This document shows, one piece after another, positions 24,313 through 36,112 of a stretch of 64,000 nt of DNA. How positions within the stretch are numbered: the first letter of the stretch is position 1; every line of letters starts with the position of its first letter. The notes beneath the pieces were generated by a model that saw nothing but the letters and a program-made list of their open reading frames with translations, had not been told where the DNA came from and did not search any database. The position numbers and the translations under genes are program-made. The stretch is from an uncultured Planctomycetota bacterium (lineage in GTDB: Bacteria; Planctomycetota; Planctomycetia; Isosphaerales; Isosphaeraceae), in contig CAWJTV010000032.1 in assembly GCA_963845755.1 (NCBI GenBank), positions 32,001 to 96,000 of the forward strand. Reading direction: 5' to 3'.

Positions 24313-24409
24313 AACCACGAAATGCACGAAATCCACGAAAACTAGAGGGGCGAGACGAATTGGAAAACCAAATTCTGATCCTCTTTCCTCTTTCGTGTAT
24401 TTCGTGGTT
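24313..24409. repeat. Intergenic inverted-repeat element AACCACGAAATGCACGAAA ... TTTCGTGTATTTCGTGGTT
   Basis: 19-bp arms with one mismatch, built from 9-bp CACGAAA units. Confidence 0.75.
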
Positions 24410-24712
24410 AATCTAGGGACGCTCATGGGCGATCCGAGCGACGGTATGGCTCGGAATATTCCGGCGTACTCGTACACGCGCCGAACCGGGGGAAAACCAG
24501 GTCTTCCCGCGATAGCCGACAATTGTAAAATATCGATCGCGCGATTGGCAAGTGTGCTGGAACGCGCGCCTTACCGTGTCTCGACCCGTGAACGCCGACT
24601 TTCCGGTCGATCGTCTCTCGAAGTCGGCGCTGAATTCCTCGACCTCTGCCGCTTTGCGGGGCAGGAGTCGGTGCCTCCAGCTCCGTTGTCCATCCCGGGT
24701 TTTTCGGAATGG

Positions 24713-25321
24713 CTAGGAATCCTGTTCCGGCCCGGAGGAATCGCGGCCCGCGATCTCGACGCGGAGCCAGGCCCGGGAATACGCCCAGTAGCGGTCGGCC
24801 GTGGAGGTCGACAGGCCGAGGACTTCGGCGGCCTCGGCGAGGGTCAAGCCGGCGAAGACGCGGAGTTGTACCAGTTCCGCCTTGACCCGGTCCTTCTCGG
24901 CCAGCCGCCCAAGGGCCTCGTCGAGGGCCAGCAGGTCGTCGTCGGTCTCGGGCGTGGCCGGCTCGGCGTCGTCGAGGTTCACCCGGGTATGGTTGCCCCC
25001 GCGCTTGAGCCGGCCGCGACGGCGGGCGTTCTCGACCAGGATCCGTCGCATGGCCTCGGCCGCCGCGGCGAAGAAGTGACCGCGACCGTCCCAGGGCCGA
25101 TCCGGATTGCCGCCGACCAGTCGCAGGTACGCCTCATGGACGAGGGCCGTGGCCTGGAGGGTCTGCCCGGGGGCCTCCCGCGCCAGCCGTTGCGCGGCCA
25201 GCCGCCGCAGCTCGTCGTAGACCAGCGGCAGCAGCTCCCGAGCCGGTCGCGGATCGCCTGACAGGCGATCTTCCGCAATGCGAGCATCCTCACCATGATC
25301 GTCTTCAATGGCTGCCGTCAT
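24713..25321 (-). CDS. ECF sigma factor, TIGR02999 type
   Basis: LLPLVYDELRRLAA, TLQATALVHEAYLRL, FFAAAAEAMRRILV, RAWLR. Start codon uncertain. Confidence 0.88.
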   Translation of the reverse strand: MTAAIEDDHGEDARIAEDRLSGDPRPARELLPLVYDELRRLAAQRLAREAPGQTLQATALVHEAYLRLVGGNPDRPWDGRGHFFAAAAEAMRRILVENARRRGRLKRGGNHTRVNLDDAEPATPETDDDLLALDEALGRLAEKDRVKAELVQLRVFAGLTLAEAAEVLGLSTSTADRYWAYSRAWLRVEIAGRDSSGPEQDS

Positions 25322-25404
25322 GGGCGATCCCCATGGTTGTAGTCGGAACCCGGCCGATCCGGCGTCACGACCGTTCGGCCGCACCGCAGCACACGCAATT
25401 CGGC

Positions 25405-26538
25405 TCAGCCCGCCACTTTACGCATCACCCCTTCGAGCGGGCCGTGCCGAAATCGGCGCTTCCACAGCCATGATAAGAATACGGCCGCCGCGAAGAAAGT
25501 GATCCCGCAGGCTTGGGCCACGGGCAGTGGTTGGCTGGTCAACAATCCCGCAGCGTTGACCGATCCCAGGCCGAAGATGATGTGAAAGAAGTACCATGTG
25601 AGCGCCATCTGACCCATGGCGACCAGCGGACCGAGCCACGGGGCGGATGGCCATGCGTCGGCCACGCGGACGCACAGCGCGATGATGGCGACCGCCGACC
25701 CGCCGCTCGACAGCAAGAACAGCGGCAGTGGCGGCATGGACTCGGTGCCGAACAGCGCCTTGATCGTCTCATCATCCATTCCGTAAGGATGTGCGCGGAA
25801 GTAACCGACGCACCACCAGGAGATCAACTCGGCCAGGACGGCCGTGCCCACCGCGATCAGGACGAACCGCGTGTTCGTCGCGCGGTCCCGCAGGTCGCGC
25901 CGGCCCAGCCACACTCCGAAGATCAGCAAGCCGGTCCAGGGGAAGACGCTCCGGAACCCGTCGTAGAAGAGGTTGCGGACCACGCCTTGGGCAGTCCACA
26001 GGCGATGGTATGTCATGGTGGACCAATCCCAGTTCTTCTCGTAATCCACTACCAGCAGCAGGAGCATGAAACCGACGACGAATCCCAGCGCGACGGCCAG
26101 CAGCTTCCGGTCCGTCGCCGCGATCAACCCGGAGGCCACGATCAGCGACACGCCATAGATTCGCAGGATATCTCCCTGCCAGATCAGCAGGTTCAGGTAG
26201 CCGATGGCGAAGAGAAAGTACCCGCGACGAATGAGGTTCTCCCTCGCCGGGCTGATCGCGCGGGGATCGCGCGCGCCCACCGCCCGGCGCGACATCAGGG
26301 TCACGCCGATTCCCGCGAGGATGACGAACGTCGCGGCCGGCCGGCCGTCGAGCCGGCGCATGATCCCCGCCGCCCAGGCTGGATGCTTCGGATCGGTCAA
26401 CATCACCAGGCCGAAATGGACGACGATCATGCCCAGCATCGCGAACGACCGGGCCAGATCATAGCCCAGGATCCGCTCATCCGCCTTTCTTGCCGGCTTG
26501 CGTCCTCGTTCGACGGCGACAGACGTCATGAAAGTCAC
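25405..26538 (-). CDS. DUF418 family membrane protein
   Basis: RILGYDLARSFA, GDILRIYG, GQMALTWY, HGPLEGVMR. Confidence 0.82.
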   Translation of the reverse strand: MTFMTSVAVERGRKPARKADERILGYDLARSFAMLGMIVVHFGLVMLTDPKHPAWAAGIMRRLDGRPAATFVILAGIGVTLMSRRAVGARDPRAISPARENLIRRGYFLFAIGYLNLLIWQGDILRIYGVSLIVASGLIAATDRKLLAVALGFVVGFMLLLLVVDYEKNWDWSTMTYHRLWTAQGVVRNLFYDGFRSVFPWTGLLIFGVWLGRRDLRDRATNTRFVLIAVGTAVLAELISWWCVGYFRAHPYGMDDETIKALFGTESMPPLPLFLLSSGGSAVAIIALCVRVADAWPSAPWLGPLVAMGQMALTWYFFHIIFGLGSVNAAGLLTSQPLPVAQACGITFFAAAVFLSWLWKRRFRHGPLEGVMRKVAG

Positions 26539-26750
26539 CCGCCTCTTGATGATAGGGAATACGATATACCCGAGGGATTGCTCGCCGATAAGTTACCGGA
26601 TTCTGCATTTAAACGGCAGGAGGGACCAGCGCGGCAGTCTGGATCCTCCCAAGGGCCGCCCCCGATGCCTGACTTGAGCTTCACCCTCGCGGTCCTTACA
26701 ATCCATGGTGAAAGCCCAAGTTACCTCCACTCATCGGAAGAATCGACGCA

Positions 26751-27308
26751 ATGGGAACACCCATGGCCTTCCGCTTCAGGTCGCTCAAAACCACTCAAGC
26801 CGCGGCGATGCTTCTCGCCTTGGACGGCAACTCGATGGATCGTATGCGACTGCTCAAGCTCATGTATATCGCCGATCGGGAGTTGCTCGCCGAATCGGGC
26901 CGCACGCTCACGGGCGATCGGGCCGTGGCCATGAGGAACGGCCCCGTTCTGAGCCGCATTTACGACCTCATCAAAGGAATCGAGGTCTCACCGGAAGACT
27001 GGGGGCGATACCTTCGATCGGAAGGGTACAAGGTCGTGCTCCTGGGAGATCCCGGCCGTGGAGAGCTGACGAAGAGGGAGATCGAAAAACTGCACGACGT
27101 GACCGAACGGTATCGCTCGGTCACGACGCCGGCTCTCTCGGCTCATACTCACAGGTTTCCCGAATGGACCAAGAATTATCAGGCCGGCACATCGTCGCCG
27201 ATTCCCTGGCGGGATGCCTTGGCAGCGACCGGTCACGCGGACAAAGCAGAAACCATCGAGAAGCGGCTCGAGGAACAAAACCTGATCGATTTGATCTTCG
27301 GAGCTTGA
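26751..27308 (+). CDS. Panacea (DUF4065/SocA) antitoxin-like protein
   Basis: LLKLMYIADR, AMRNGPV, SAHTHRFPEW motifs. Confidence 0.82.
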   Translation: MGTPMAFRFRSLKTTQAAAMLLALDGNSMDRMRLLKLMYIADRELLAESGRTLTGDRAVAMRNGPVLSRIYDLIKGIEVSPEDWGRYLRSEGYKVVLLGDPGRGELTKREIEKLHDVTERYRSVTTPALSAHTHRFPEWTKNYQAGTSSPIPWRDALAATGHADKAETIEKRLEEQNLIDLIFGA

Positions 27309-27312
27309 ATCC

Positions 27313-27687
27313 ATGAAGGCGGGGGACACCTTCCGGTTGCAAGGCGTAGCCGACCGCCACACGTGGGTGATCATTTCCGACCCGGAGATTGATGATCGGT
27401 GCGTGCTCCTCGTCAGTTTCACCGGCTATTATCCGAGCATGGACCCCGCTTGCATCGTCGAGATTGAGGAGTTCTCGATCCTCGACAAAAGGACCTCGCA
27501 TCTATTATGAGGACATCAAAGAAGCGTCCGTGGCGGCCCTCGACGCACTCCAAATGCCGGGAAGATCCAAAAGCGAACGCCAGTGTCCCCGGAGTTGCTG
27601 TCAAGAATCCGCGATGGAGTTTCCCTGACTCGTGACATTCAGGCCAAGCACATCGATTTTCTGATCAATCAGGGCGTGATTGAATGA
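27313..27687 (+). CDS. Putative toxin partner of Panacea (possibly PemK/MazF-like); two frameshifts
   Basis: Starts 4 nt after the Panacea stop; HTWVIISDP, LLVSFT, DPACIV; frame-corrected end ...HIDFLINQGVIE* at 27687. Confidence 0.5.
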
Positions 27688-27795
27688 GGTTCGGCGGGGG
27701 TCTCTTGCACGGGGTTTTATCGTGTGGCCGATGCGTTCGGAAGAATTGCGTCGTCGCAGCCCCCTCGGCAAATCGCGATGCGATTCGGATCGGAC

Positions 27796-27984
27796 TCAAG
27801 CCCCGTCCGACCTGGCCGTTGCTCGGGCTTCGAAACCTGCGAGATTCTTCCTTGAGCTGATTCACGGGCTTCTTGAGCGAGCCGAGTCAATTCCCGCGTC
27901 CGCGGATTCGCGACCGGCTCAGCGTCACCCACATCTGAAGCTTTCTACGCGTGTTCTCGAGTTGTCGCAAACTTGAATGCTCAT
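27796..27984 (-). pseudogene. Small coiled-coil protein coupled to DUF6932-like gene, degraded
   Basis: ATGA overlap with the upstream gene; fragments RQLENTRRKLQM, RELTR and NQLKEE lie in different frames. Confidence 0.4.
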
Positions 27985-28381
27985 AGGAGGACCTCAATGA
28001 GACCCTTACGTGTGCCGTAACGATCGGTAGCGAAAAAGTGGTCCACAAGCATCGTGAAGTCGGTGGGTTCCACCAGTTGCAGATCGAGAAAGGGGAGTCC
28101 GTCGGTGATTTCACTGAGTGCGACGTCGTTGTGCGGACATTCCGGCAGCAATCAAAAGAACACAATCGATGTCGTTTGGCTCGAAGACTTCCGTGACGAA
28201 GCTACCGTCGATGACCAACCGTTGGACGCCCGCGTGCTCGCCAGGTCCAGCCAACCACCGGAGCGACTCCATTTGCACCTGCGCAGCTCCGACTCGACGC
28301 CCACCGCGATTCGATCTCATCCAGCGTGGCCGGGTGAATGCCCGGTGGTAAGTATCCATGGTCCTCAAACGGTGGGATCAT
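27981..28381 (-). pseudogene. DUF6932-like (nucleotidyltransferase-fold) protein, multiple frameshifts
   Basis: MIPPFEDHGYLPPGIHPATLDEI; IDGSFVTEVFEPNDID; KGLIEVLL* in shifting frames. Confidence 0.65.
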
Positions 28382-28454
28382 GTCGATTCGTCGTGTGATG
28401 GTTTGGTATCAATCCTGCTCTGGACAGTTTAACAGGCCCTAGCCTCGCCCGCCA

Positions 28455-28470
28455 TTCGATTCGAATCGAA
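28455..28470. promoter_or_regulatory. Perfect 16-bp palindrome TTCGATTCGAATCGAA; possible operator upstream of blaI-like gene
   Basis: Palindrome is seen directly; function is inferred only from position. Confidence 0.25.
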
Positions 28471-28548
28471 GGTGTTGCAATCCTTCGACCAATCGACTAG
28501 ACTTCTCGTCGTTCGAGTCAAACCTTCATCCGAAGCGGCTGGTGGAGT

Positions 28549-28965
28549 ATGGAAAAGAGGGACGAGTCGGCCGAGTCGTTGACGCCGGCCGAATGGAAGG
28601 TGATGAAGATCGTCTGGCGGCGGAAGGCGTGCGCGGCGCGGGATGTCTACGAGGAGGCCGGGCGGTCGCTCGGCTGGGCCCCGACGACGGCGAAATCGGT
28701 GCTCCGCCGCCTGGTCGAGAAGGGACATCTGACGACGACGCAGGTGGGCAACAGCTTCCTGTATCAGCCCGCGGCCTCGGCCGTGAAGTCGCTGCTCGCG
28801 GCGGCCGATGCGCTGCTGGACAACGTGCTGGAGGGCACCACGGGGCTGGTCCTGTCCCATCTGGTCGAGAAGAGCCGGCTCTCGGACGACGAGCTGGCGA
28901 AGCTCCGCGCCCTGCTGGAGGCCCGGACCTCGGAGGCGAAGAAGAAAGGGAGGACCTCGCGATGA
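28549..28965 (+). CDS. BlaI/MecI/CopY family repressor
   Basis: LTPAEWKVMKIVW, WAPTTAKSVLRRLVEKG, LSDDELAKLR. Confidence 0.9.
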   Translation: MEKRDESAESLTPAEWKVMKIVWRRKACAARDVYEEAGRSLGWAPTTAKSVLRRLVEKGHLTTTQVGNSFLYQPAASAVKSLLAAADALLDNVLEGTTGLVLSHLVEKSRLSDDELAKLRALLEARTSEAKKKGRTSR

Positions 28966-31900
28966 AGGGAGCCGCGATCGAGGCGCTCAACACCTGGGGC
29001 CCGGCCTGGGCCGGCGCGATGCAACGCAGTCTCGTGGAGGCCACGATCGTGCTGGCGATCGTCGGGGTTGTCTGGTGGCTGTTGCGCCGGCGGATGTCGA
29101 GCGCGCTGGCGCACGGGCTGTTCCTGCTGGTGCTGATCAAGGCCGCGGTGCCGCTCGTCTTGCCGGTGACGCCGACCGTGGTGCTCCCCTTGCCGGCTCC
29201 GCGGGTCATCGCGGTCAGACCTGACCGAACCGACGCCACGACCCGGCGTCGCCCGCGACCCGGCGCCCCGGTCCGACCCCGTGCCGTCCTCGTCCCCGGT
29301 CCCGGCGCATCCGGCGCGGTCAATCGCGGTCCAATCGCCGGCGCCCCGCCGGCCCCCGCACCCAATCCGGCCGACCCTGCGCGACTTTCCGTCTCGGCGT
29401 GGCTGATGCTGGCCTGGGTAGCGATCGTCGCGGTCCTGCTGACGCGATTCCTCGGGATCCACATCCGGATGGCCCGACGACTCCGCGACGCCCGGCTCGT
29501 CGATCCGGTCGACCCGGCGCAACTGGCCGGTCTCGTCGGTCTGAGGCGTCCGGTCCCGATCGTGGAGACGCGCCTGGGTCTCCGCGCCGGCGGTCTGGGG
29601 ATTGTGGCAACACCGCCTGCTGGTCCCCCCGGGCATGATCGAGACACTCCCAGGCGAACAGCTCACCTGGGCACTCCTGCACGAGCTGGTGCACGTCCGC
29701 CGCGGGGATACGTGGGTCCTGCTGGTCCAGCGGCTTACGCAGATCGTCTTCTTCTTCCACCCGGCCGTCTGGGTGGCCAACCGCGCGGCCGAGATCTTCC
29801 GCGAGTTCGCCTGCGACGATGCCTCGCTCGCCTTGACGGGCATCGCGCGGGCAGGATTGCGGCGCGGGGTTCCTCGCCATCGCCGAACGGGCCAGCCGCA
29901 CCCGGTCGAGCCCCGCCCTGGCGCCCCTGGGCCTGTTCGGCTCATACACCCTGATCCGCAAGCGGCTCGAACGCATCCTCGACGACCATCGGACGATCTC
30001 CCCGCGCCTCTCGTGGACCGCAACCGTGCTGCTGATCCTGGCGGCCGTGGCCGTGATTCCTCGAGTCCGCGCTCAGGTTCCGAAACCGGCGGTCGACCCG
30101 GGAGGGCGAGGCTCTGTCCGAGCCCCCGAACCCAGGACCCGCCCGCTCGCCTTGACGGTCGTCGATCAGAGCACGGGTCGTCCACTTCCTGGTGTCCAGC
30201 TCGAGATCACGCTCAACGGCCGCCGTGAGCAAGGGGACGACCGACACGACCGGTCGGTACGTCATCGACCGGCCCGAGGCCGAACCGCGTTCGGTGCTGA
30301 TCACGGTCCGCACGAAGGGCTTCGTACCCACCCAGGTCACCTGGAACTATCGTCGCGGCATCCCGATCACGCCGCCTGCGACCTACACCCTGCGCCTGGA
30401 GCCGGGCACCACGATCGGCGGCCTGGTGCGCGACCCGGAGGGCCGGCCGATCGCCGGCGCGACGGTCTATGTGCTCATGCCCACTCAACCCTCACAACGA
30501 CCGGAGCCGGAACCGCGTCCCGACATCTGGGATTATCCGAATCGGACAGATGCCCAGGGCCGCTGGCATTGCGACATCGTCCCCGCCGTGCTGGCGGACG
30601 TCTGGATTCGCCTGGAGCACCCCGATTACGCCAGCGACACCGGCTACGGCAGCACGCCCAAGCCGACCATGGACCAGCTCCGCCACGGCACCGGGGTGAT
30701 GGTGATGAAGAAGGGGGTAGCCGTCTCGGGCGTCGTCCGCGACTCGGATGGGCGATCGCTGCCCGGCGCCAGCGTGGCTCAGGGCTCGGATCGCTGGGGA
30801 AGCCGTTACCCCGACACCACGACTGATGCCGACGGCCGATTCCGATTCGCCCAGGTCGCACCCGGCGACCTCGTGCTGACGGTCCAGGCCAAGGGCCATG
30901 CGCCCGATCTGAAGACGATCCAGGTTGTCCCGGATCTGCCCGCCATCGAATTCCGCCTCGGGCCGCCGCGATCATTGCGCGGACGAGTCCTCGACGGAGA
31001 CGGTCAGCCGCTGGCCGAAACGCTCGTCGTGGCCGATACCTGGCGTGGGCATCGGTCGCTATCGCTTCGCACGCAAACCGGCGCCGACGGCCGCTTCCAG
31101 GTCGACGACCTGCCCGACGAGCCCGTGGAATTCCAGTTCGCCAAGGCGGGCTTCATGAACCTGCCCAATCAGCGGTTGGCTCCTTCGGACAAGGAGGTTC
31201 TCATCACGTTGACGCTCCCTTTGCAAATCTCGGGCTCGGTCACCGACGCTTCGAGCGGCCAGGCGATCGACCGGTTCACCGTCTACGAGGGCCACGACCC
31301 GGCTTCCCCGTTGACGGCCCAGGATCGCAGCGCCCGCGCCATTTCCGGAATGGGCAGTACGCCGTGAACTTCACCTGGCCCTATCCGCAGGTCCGCACGC
31401 TGCACATCGAGGCCGCGGGTTACCTGCCGGCCGCGTCGCGCGGGTTCCGGTTCAACGAGAAGACCCAGGTCTATGACTTCAAACTGAAGCGGGGGACCGT
31501 TCCGACGCGCAAGGCGATCTCCGGCGTGGTCCGGCTGCCCGACGGCTCGCCCGCCGCGGGCGCGGAGGTTGCCCTGGCGATGAAAACGGCCGCCCCTTAC
31601 ATCCAGGGTGGACGGTTCGCCGATCCCAAGAGATACCCGACGGTGATCGCTGGAGCCGATGGCACGTTCCGTTTCCCGCCGCAGACGGAGCCGGCCTTCG
31701 TGCTGGCGATCGACGATCGGGGCATCGCCGAAGCAACCGAGGCGCAACTCGCCGAATCGCCCGCACACGCGATGACGCTGGTCCCTTGGGGCCGTGTTGA
31801 AGGGACCCTCCAAATCGGCGCGAAACTCGGGGGCATCGAGCGCGTTGCCTTATCGCCCAGCCACAAGGATGCTGTGGAAGACATCACGGTCTTTTTTGAT

Positions 31901-32485
31901 TATCAGGCCGAGACCGACACCCGGGGCCGATTCGTTTTCGAGCGGGTCGTCCCGGGCCCGGTGTTTGTCAATCGCATGATTGAACTAACACCACGGAGGT
32001 TTGCACACGGCTCATCGGTGCGCGGATTAGCCAGGCCGGGGGAAACCTTGCTACTGGATCTGGGGGGGACGGGACGGCCGATTATCGGCCGCGCGGTCAA
32101 ACCGCCCCGCAACGAGATCCCGATCGATTGGTCGAACGGTCATTTCTTCCTCCGGATCCAGCCGCCACCGATCACCAAGCCCCCGAACATGACGAAGGAG
32201 CAGCGCGCGGCCTGGTACAAGACGTGGAGCACGACCGAGGAGGGGAAAGCCTATCTGGCCTATCAGGCTGATCCGAAAAGCTACGGCTTCAAGGTCGAGC
32301 GCGATGGCTCGTTCCGCATCGACGATGTCACCCCCGGCACGTATGACCTGACCATCCAGCTCTTCGACGGCCAGCGGCGCACGATCGCCACGGCCGAGCG
32401 GACCGTGGTCGTCCCGGCGATCCGCGGCGGCCGGAGCGACGAGCCGCTCGACCTCGGCGCGATCGAGCTGAAGGCGAGCCCATGA
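28962..32485 (+). CDS. BlaR1-like M56 peptidase with carboxypeptidase-regulatory-like repeats; several frameshifts
   Basis: ATGA overlap with blaI; LLHELVHVRRGD, FFHPAVW, REFACD; repeated G-x-V-x-D-x-x-G-x-P...TDADGRF units. Confidence 0.82.
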
Positions 32486-33936
32486 TCACTGGCCCAGCGA
32501 CGCGGTCCGTTCCTGCACCGAGTCGCCGTGGCCATCTTCGGCCCAATGTTCCGCCGGGATTCCGTCCACATCGACGGACCGCAACACCACCCGCTCACCC
32601 TCCTCCAGGCCGTCGATGACCTCCACGAGGTCCTCCGTCATGTGGCCGGTCGTGATCGCGCGCCGTTCCAGGCCACGGGGACCGACGACGTAGCAGATCC
32701 GCTGGCGGTCCACGACGGCCATGGCCCCGTTGGGGATGACCAGCGCGTCCGGGACCCGGCCCGTGTCGAACTCCACCATCGCCGACATGTACGGCAGGGC
32801 GCTGGAAGGCGTCTTGTCCAGCCGCACGACCGCGACGAAGTGCTTGACATCGTCGTCCCACACCTTCCAGTTCTGGGTCGGGAAATAGGCGATCGAGACG
32901 ACCCGGGCGGGGAACACGCGGCGACCCATCGACGCGATGCAAACATCGGCCTTCATCCCGACGCGGACCTGGGTGCCCACCGTCTCATGGAGCGAGACCT
33001 CGACCTCGGCCTGGGTGAGGTCGGGTAACATGAAGATTTCCTCACCTTGATAGACCTCGCTGCCCGGCTGGAGCGGGGCGCCCACCATCGGTTGTTGTTC
33101 GCATGGACGACGACGCCGGCTTGCGGGGCCCGGATGATACAATTCGCGATCTGCTTCCGGAGATGGGCGAGACGGTCCTCTTCGGCCTTGAGCCGTTTGG
33201 CTTCAAGATGATCGTTGTTTGCCGCGATCTCGATCTCAACTTGCAGGGCTCGGACCTCCTTCGGCACCTGGTACCGCCGGAAGCCGTCGTATTCCCGCTC
33301 CATATTGCCGAGGATGTGCTCGGCCTGCGCGAACGCCTGCTTATCGGTGAGGAGTTGGCCTCGGGACAGATAACCCTTGGCCACCATGCCTTCGGTCCAG
33401 GCCATTCGGTCGGTCTGGTGTTGCAGGTCGGCTCGTCCCATGGCGATCCGGCCCTCGAACTCCTTGGTGAACTGGTCGACTTTCCCTTCCTGGTACTCGC
33501 GCAGGGTGAGCTGGGCGGTCTCGAGGATCAACCGGGCCTGATCCTTCAACGCCCGCTCCTGGTTCACCAGGATCTCCTGGTAACGGGCCAGTTCCTCATA
33601 CGCCGAGGAATCCAGCCGGCAGAGCTCGTCCCCCTTCTTCACGAGCGTGCCGTTGGGGACGATGCTCAGGATGATCGTTCCGTTGGTGTCATCGAGGTCC
33701 TCGACCTGACAGGCGACCGTCGCCTGCTTGACTGCCCGCAGGTCTCCGCCGGCCACGAGCTTGGTGCCCAGGTCAACCCGACGAACCATGACCCACTCGA
33801 CATCGTCGATCGGAGAAGGCCGCTCCCCCCACCACGCGTGCCCGGTCGCCGACCAGGCCCCCGCGATCAGCGCCAAGGCCAACGAGGACCCGAGCCAGGC
33901 CGATCTCCGCGACACCTTATTGTTCCGGATCGCCAT
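32486..33936 (-). CDS. Efflux RND transporter periplasmic adaptor (HlyD-like); frameshift ~33080
   Basis: N-terminal TM; VPNGTLVKKGDELCRLD; coiled coil; IRAPQAGVV; GLEEGERVV. Confidence 0.82.
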
Positions 33937-34143
33937 GCGCCGTCCCGTCTGATCTCGAAACCGGACCCGTCGAAACACGAGGACTCTGATTTTCAATGAC
34001 AATTGTAAGACGTTCTCTTGCGGTTGTCAAGCGGTCTGTCGCGGTCATCGCTGGGATGCGATCTGCCGCTCTCGGCAGAGGCGGGGGCTTGAAGTATTCT
34101 CTTGATAGCAGACTCGGCGTGACGATCCAGGAAAGGTATTGGC

Positions 34144-34413
34144 ATGACCAAAGTGCAAGTTTCGCTGCCGGAGCCGTTGAAGCAATTCATCGATCGGCTG
34201 GTGGCCGACGGGACGTTCAAGGACCCGAGCGAATACTTTCAAACGCTGGTCGATCACGACCGCAAGGCTCGCGAGAAGGCGCGCGTCGCGGCGCTGCTGA
34301 TCGCGGGCCTGGACTCCGGACCATCGACCCCGATGACGCCCGAGGACTGGGACGACGTTGCATGCGGCCCGCGACACACCGGAGGTCCTGGAAGCCGAAG
34401 ACTGAAGCCATAA
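34144..34413 (+). pseudogene. ParD-like RHH antitoxin joined out of frame to the last 15 codons of a ParE-like toxin
   Basis: VSLPEPLKQFID...SEYF...GLDSGPSTPMTPEDWD; 34358-34405 reads LHAARDTPEVLEAED* in another frame. Confidence 0.65.
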
Positions 34414-34444
34414 CTGACCGCCTCGACCACCACTCGCATCAACC

Positions 34445-35863
34445 TCAGCGTGGCGGTGTTCCGCGAGCCGTGCTGGACTTCCCGGCCGCGGTCTCTTCCG
34501 CGACGGCCACCGGGCGATGGCGGGGGATCTCCGCCTGGAAGTCGCCGAGGCTAACCCAGTGCGTTCGGCGGTTCAGGTCAACGTCGGCGATCGCCACGGT
34601 GCCCCACTCCCGGGCCAGGGCGATCGTTTCGCCGGTGTGGTCGAAAACCGCCGACATCATCCAGTTCCGGGAGATGTCCTCGTAGGTGCTACTGGCGAGG
34701 TAGACGTGGTTCTCGCAAGCCCGGGCGCGGGCCAGCAGCGGGTTGCAGCCCCACACGGGCCAGGCGATGACCTCGGCGCCGCGGTTTGTCAGCTCACGGG
34801 CCACTTCCGGGAAGAAGCCGTCGTAGCAGACCATCAGGCCCACCGTGCCGAAGCGGGTGGGGAAGACGGGATAATCCGAGCCCGGCGTCACGCCCCCGTC
34901 GACCTCGCCGCGCGGCAGGCAGACCTTGCGATACTTGCCGATCAGCTTGCCGTCGGGGCCGATCAGCACCGCGACGTTGTAGACCAGGTGGCCGTCCCGC
35001 TCGAGCAGACCCGGCACCAGGTACAGGTTGTGCTGACGCGCCAGTCGACCGAAATACTCGGTGGACGGACCGGGGATCGATTCGGCCACGTCCTGGTACG
35101 ATTTACCGAGGCCGACGTAGGTGAGCGTCTCGCCGAGCACGACCAGGTCGGCCTTCTGCCGCGCCGCCTCGGCGATGAGCGGCTCGTACATCCGGCAGTT
35201 GTCGGCCGGGGTCCGGCCGCCGCTGGGCTTGAAATGGACGGTGGCCAACCGCACCATGCGCGGCGGAAGTGGACTGGTCTCGGTCAACGAGACGCCACTC
35301 CAGCGCACCGCGCTGTCCGGCGCCCACCGCAGATGCAGCTCCACAGTCGCCCGCGACGCCCGCGCGGGGGCCTGATACGTGTCCGACACCTCGGTCCAGC
35401 CCTGACGGTCGGTCCTCCGCGTCGTGGGGAACTCGGTCTCGGCCATCGCCGTCGCGCCGCGGAGATAGTTCATCTCCGGTTGTTGATCCAGGGGAACCGA
35501 CCGGCCCTGCCCATCTTTCCAGTGGATCTCGGCCACGATGCTCCGCCGCGGCACGGCCACGCCCTCGGCCTGGTAATCGGCCCGGAACTGATAGGACTTG
35601 CCTCCGGTGATGGGGAAGTCCTTCCGCCAGAAACCATCGAGCCCATCGCGATGATCGGCCTTGATGAGGAGGCACCCCCGACCATCGACCCCGCCGTGCG
35701 GCTGATGCGCGAACTCGGGCCGGATCTCGTCGCGAGTGGCGTCGGTTAACCAGCCATCAGGGGCCTGGCCAAACACCCGTCTGCTCCCGCCGGTCAGGTA
35801 CGCCCCGGTCAGGGCCATGATCCAGAAAAACACCGTGAGTTCGCGCCGTCGGTTCATGTTCAT
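34445..35863 (-). CDS. Secreted carbon-nitrogen hydrolase (nitrilase family)
   Basis: Signal peptide; E-K-C triad motifs VLGET, YRKVCLP, VCYD. Confidence 0.87.
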   Translation of the reverse strand: MNMNRRRELTVFFWIMALTGAYLTGGSRRVFGQAPDGWLTDATRDEIRPEFAHQPHGGVDGRGCLLIKADHRDGLDGFWRKDFPITGGKSYQFRADYQAEGVAVPRRSIVAEIHWKDGQGRSVPLDQQPEMNYLRGATAMAETEFPTTRRTDRQGWTEVSDTYQAPARASRATVELHLRWAPDSAVRWSGVSLTETSPLPPRMVRLATVHFKPSGGRTPADNCRMYEPLIAEAARQKADLVVLGETLTYVGLGKSYQDVAESIPGPSTEYFGRLARQHNLYLVPGLLERDGHLVYNVAVLIGPDGKLIGKYRKVCLPRGEVDGGVTPGSDYPVFPTRFGTVGLMVCYDGFFPEVARELTNRGAEVIAWPVWGCNPLLARARACENHVYLASSTYEDISRNWMMSAVFDHTGETIALAREWGTVAIADVDLNRRTHWVSLGDFQAEIPRHRPVAVAEETAAGKSSTARGTPPR

Positions 35864-36112
35864 CCCCCTGTCGGCATCACCCGGTTGGTCAAGAGATCCG
35901 ATCGCACCAGGATACTCGTACCGGAGTTGTCCGGGAACCCCCGGCCCGCGGATCGACGGGCCGTATCGCTCCAGCCGATCACGTCCTCTCGGCAGGGCCG
36001 CGGCTTTGTGCTATGTTCCATCATCAGGCCGAATCGTGGATTTCGGAGCCGGCCGTTGTGGGGGAGTCTTGCCGCCCACGAGTCGACGTGCCGACCATTG
36101 AGGATCGCCACG

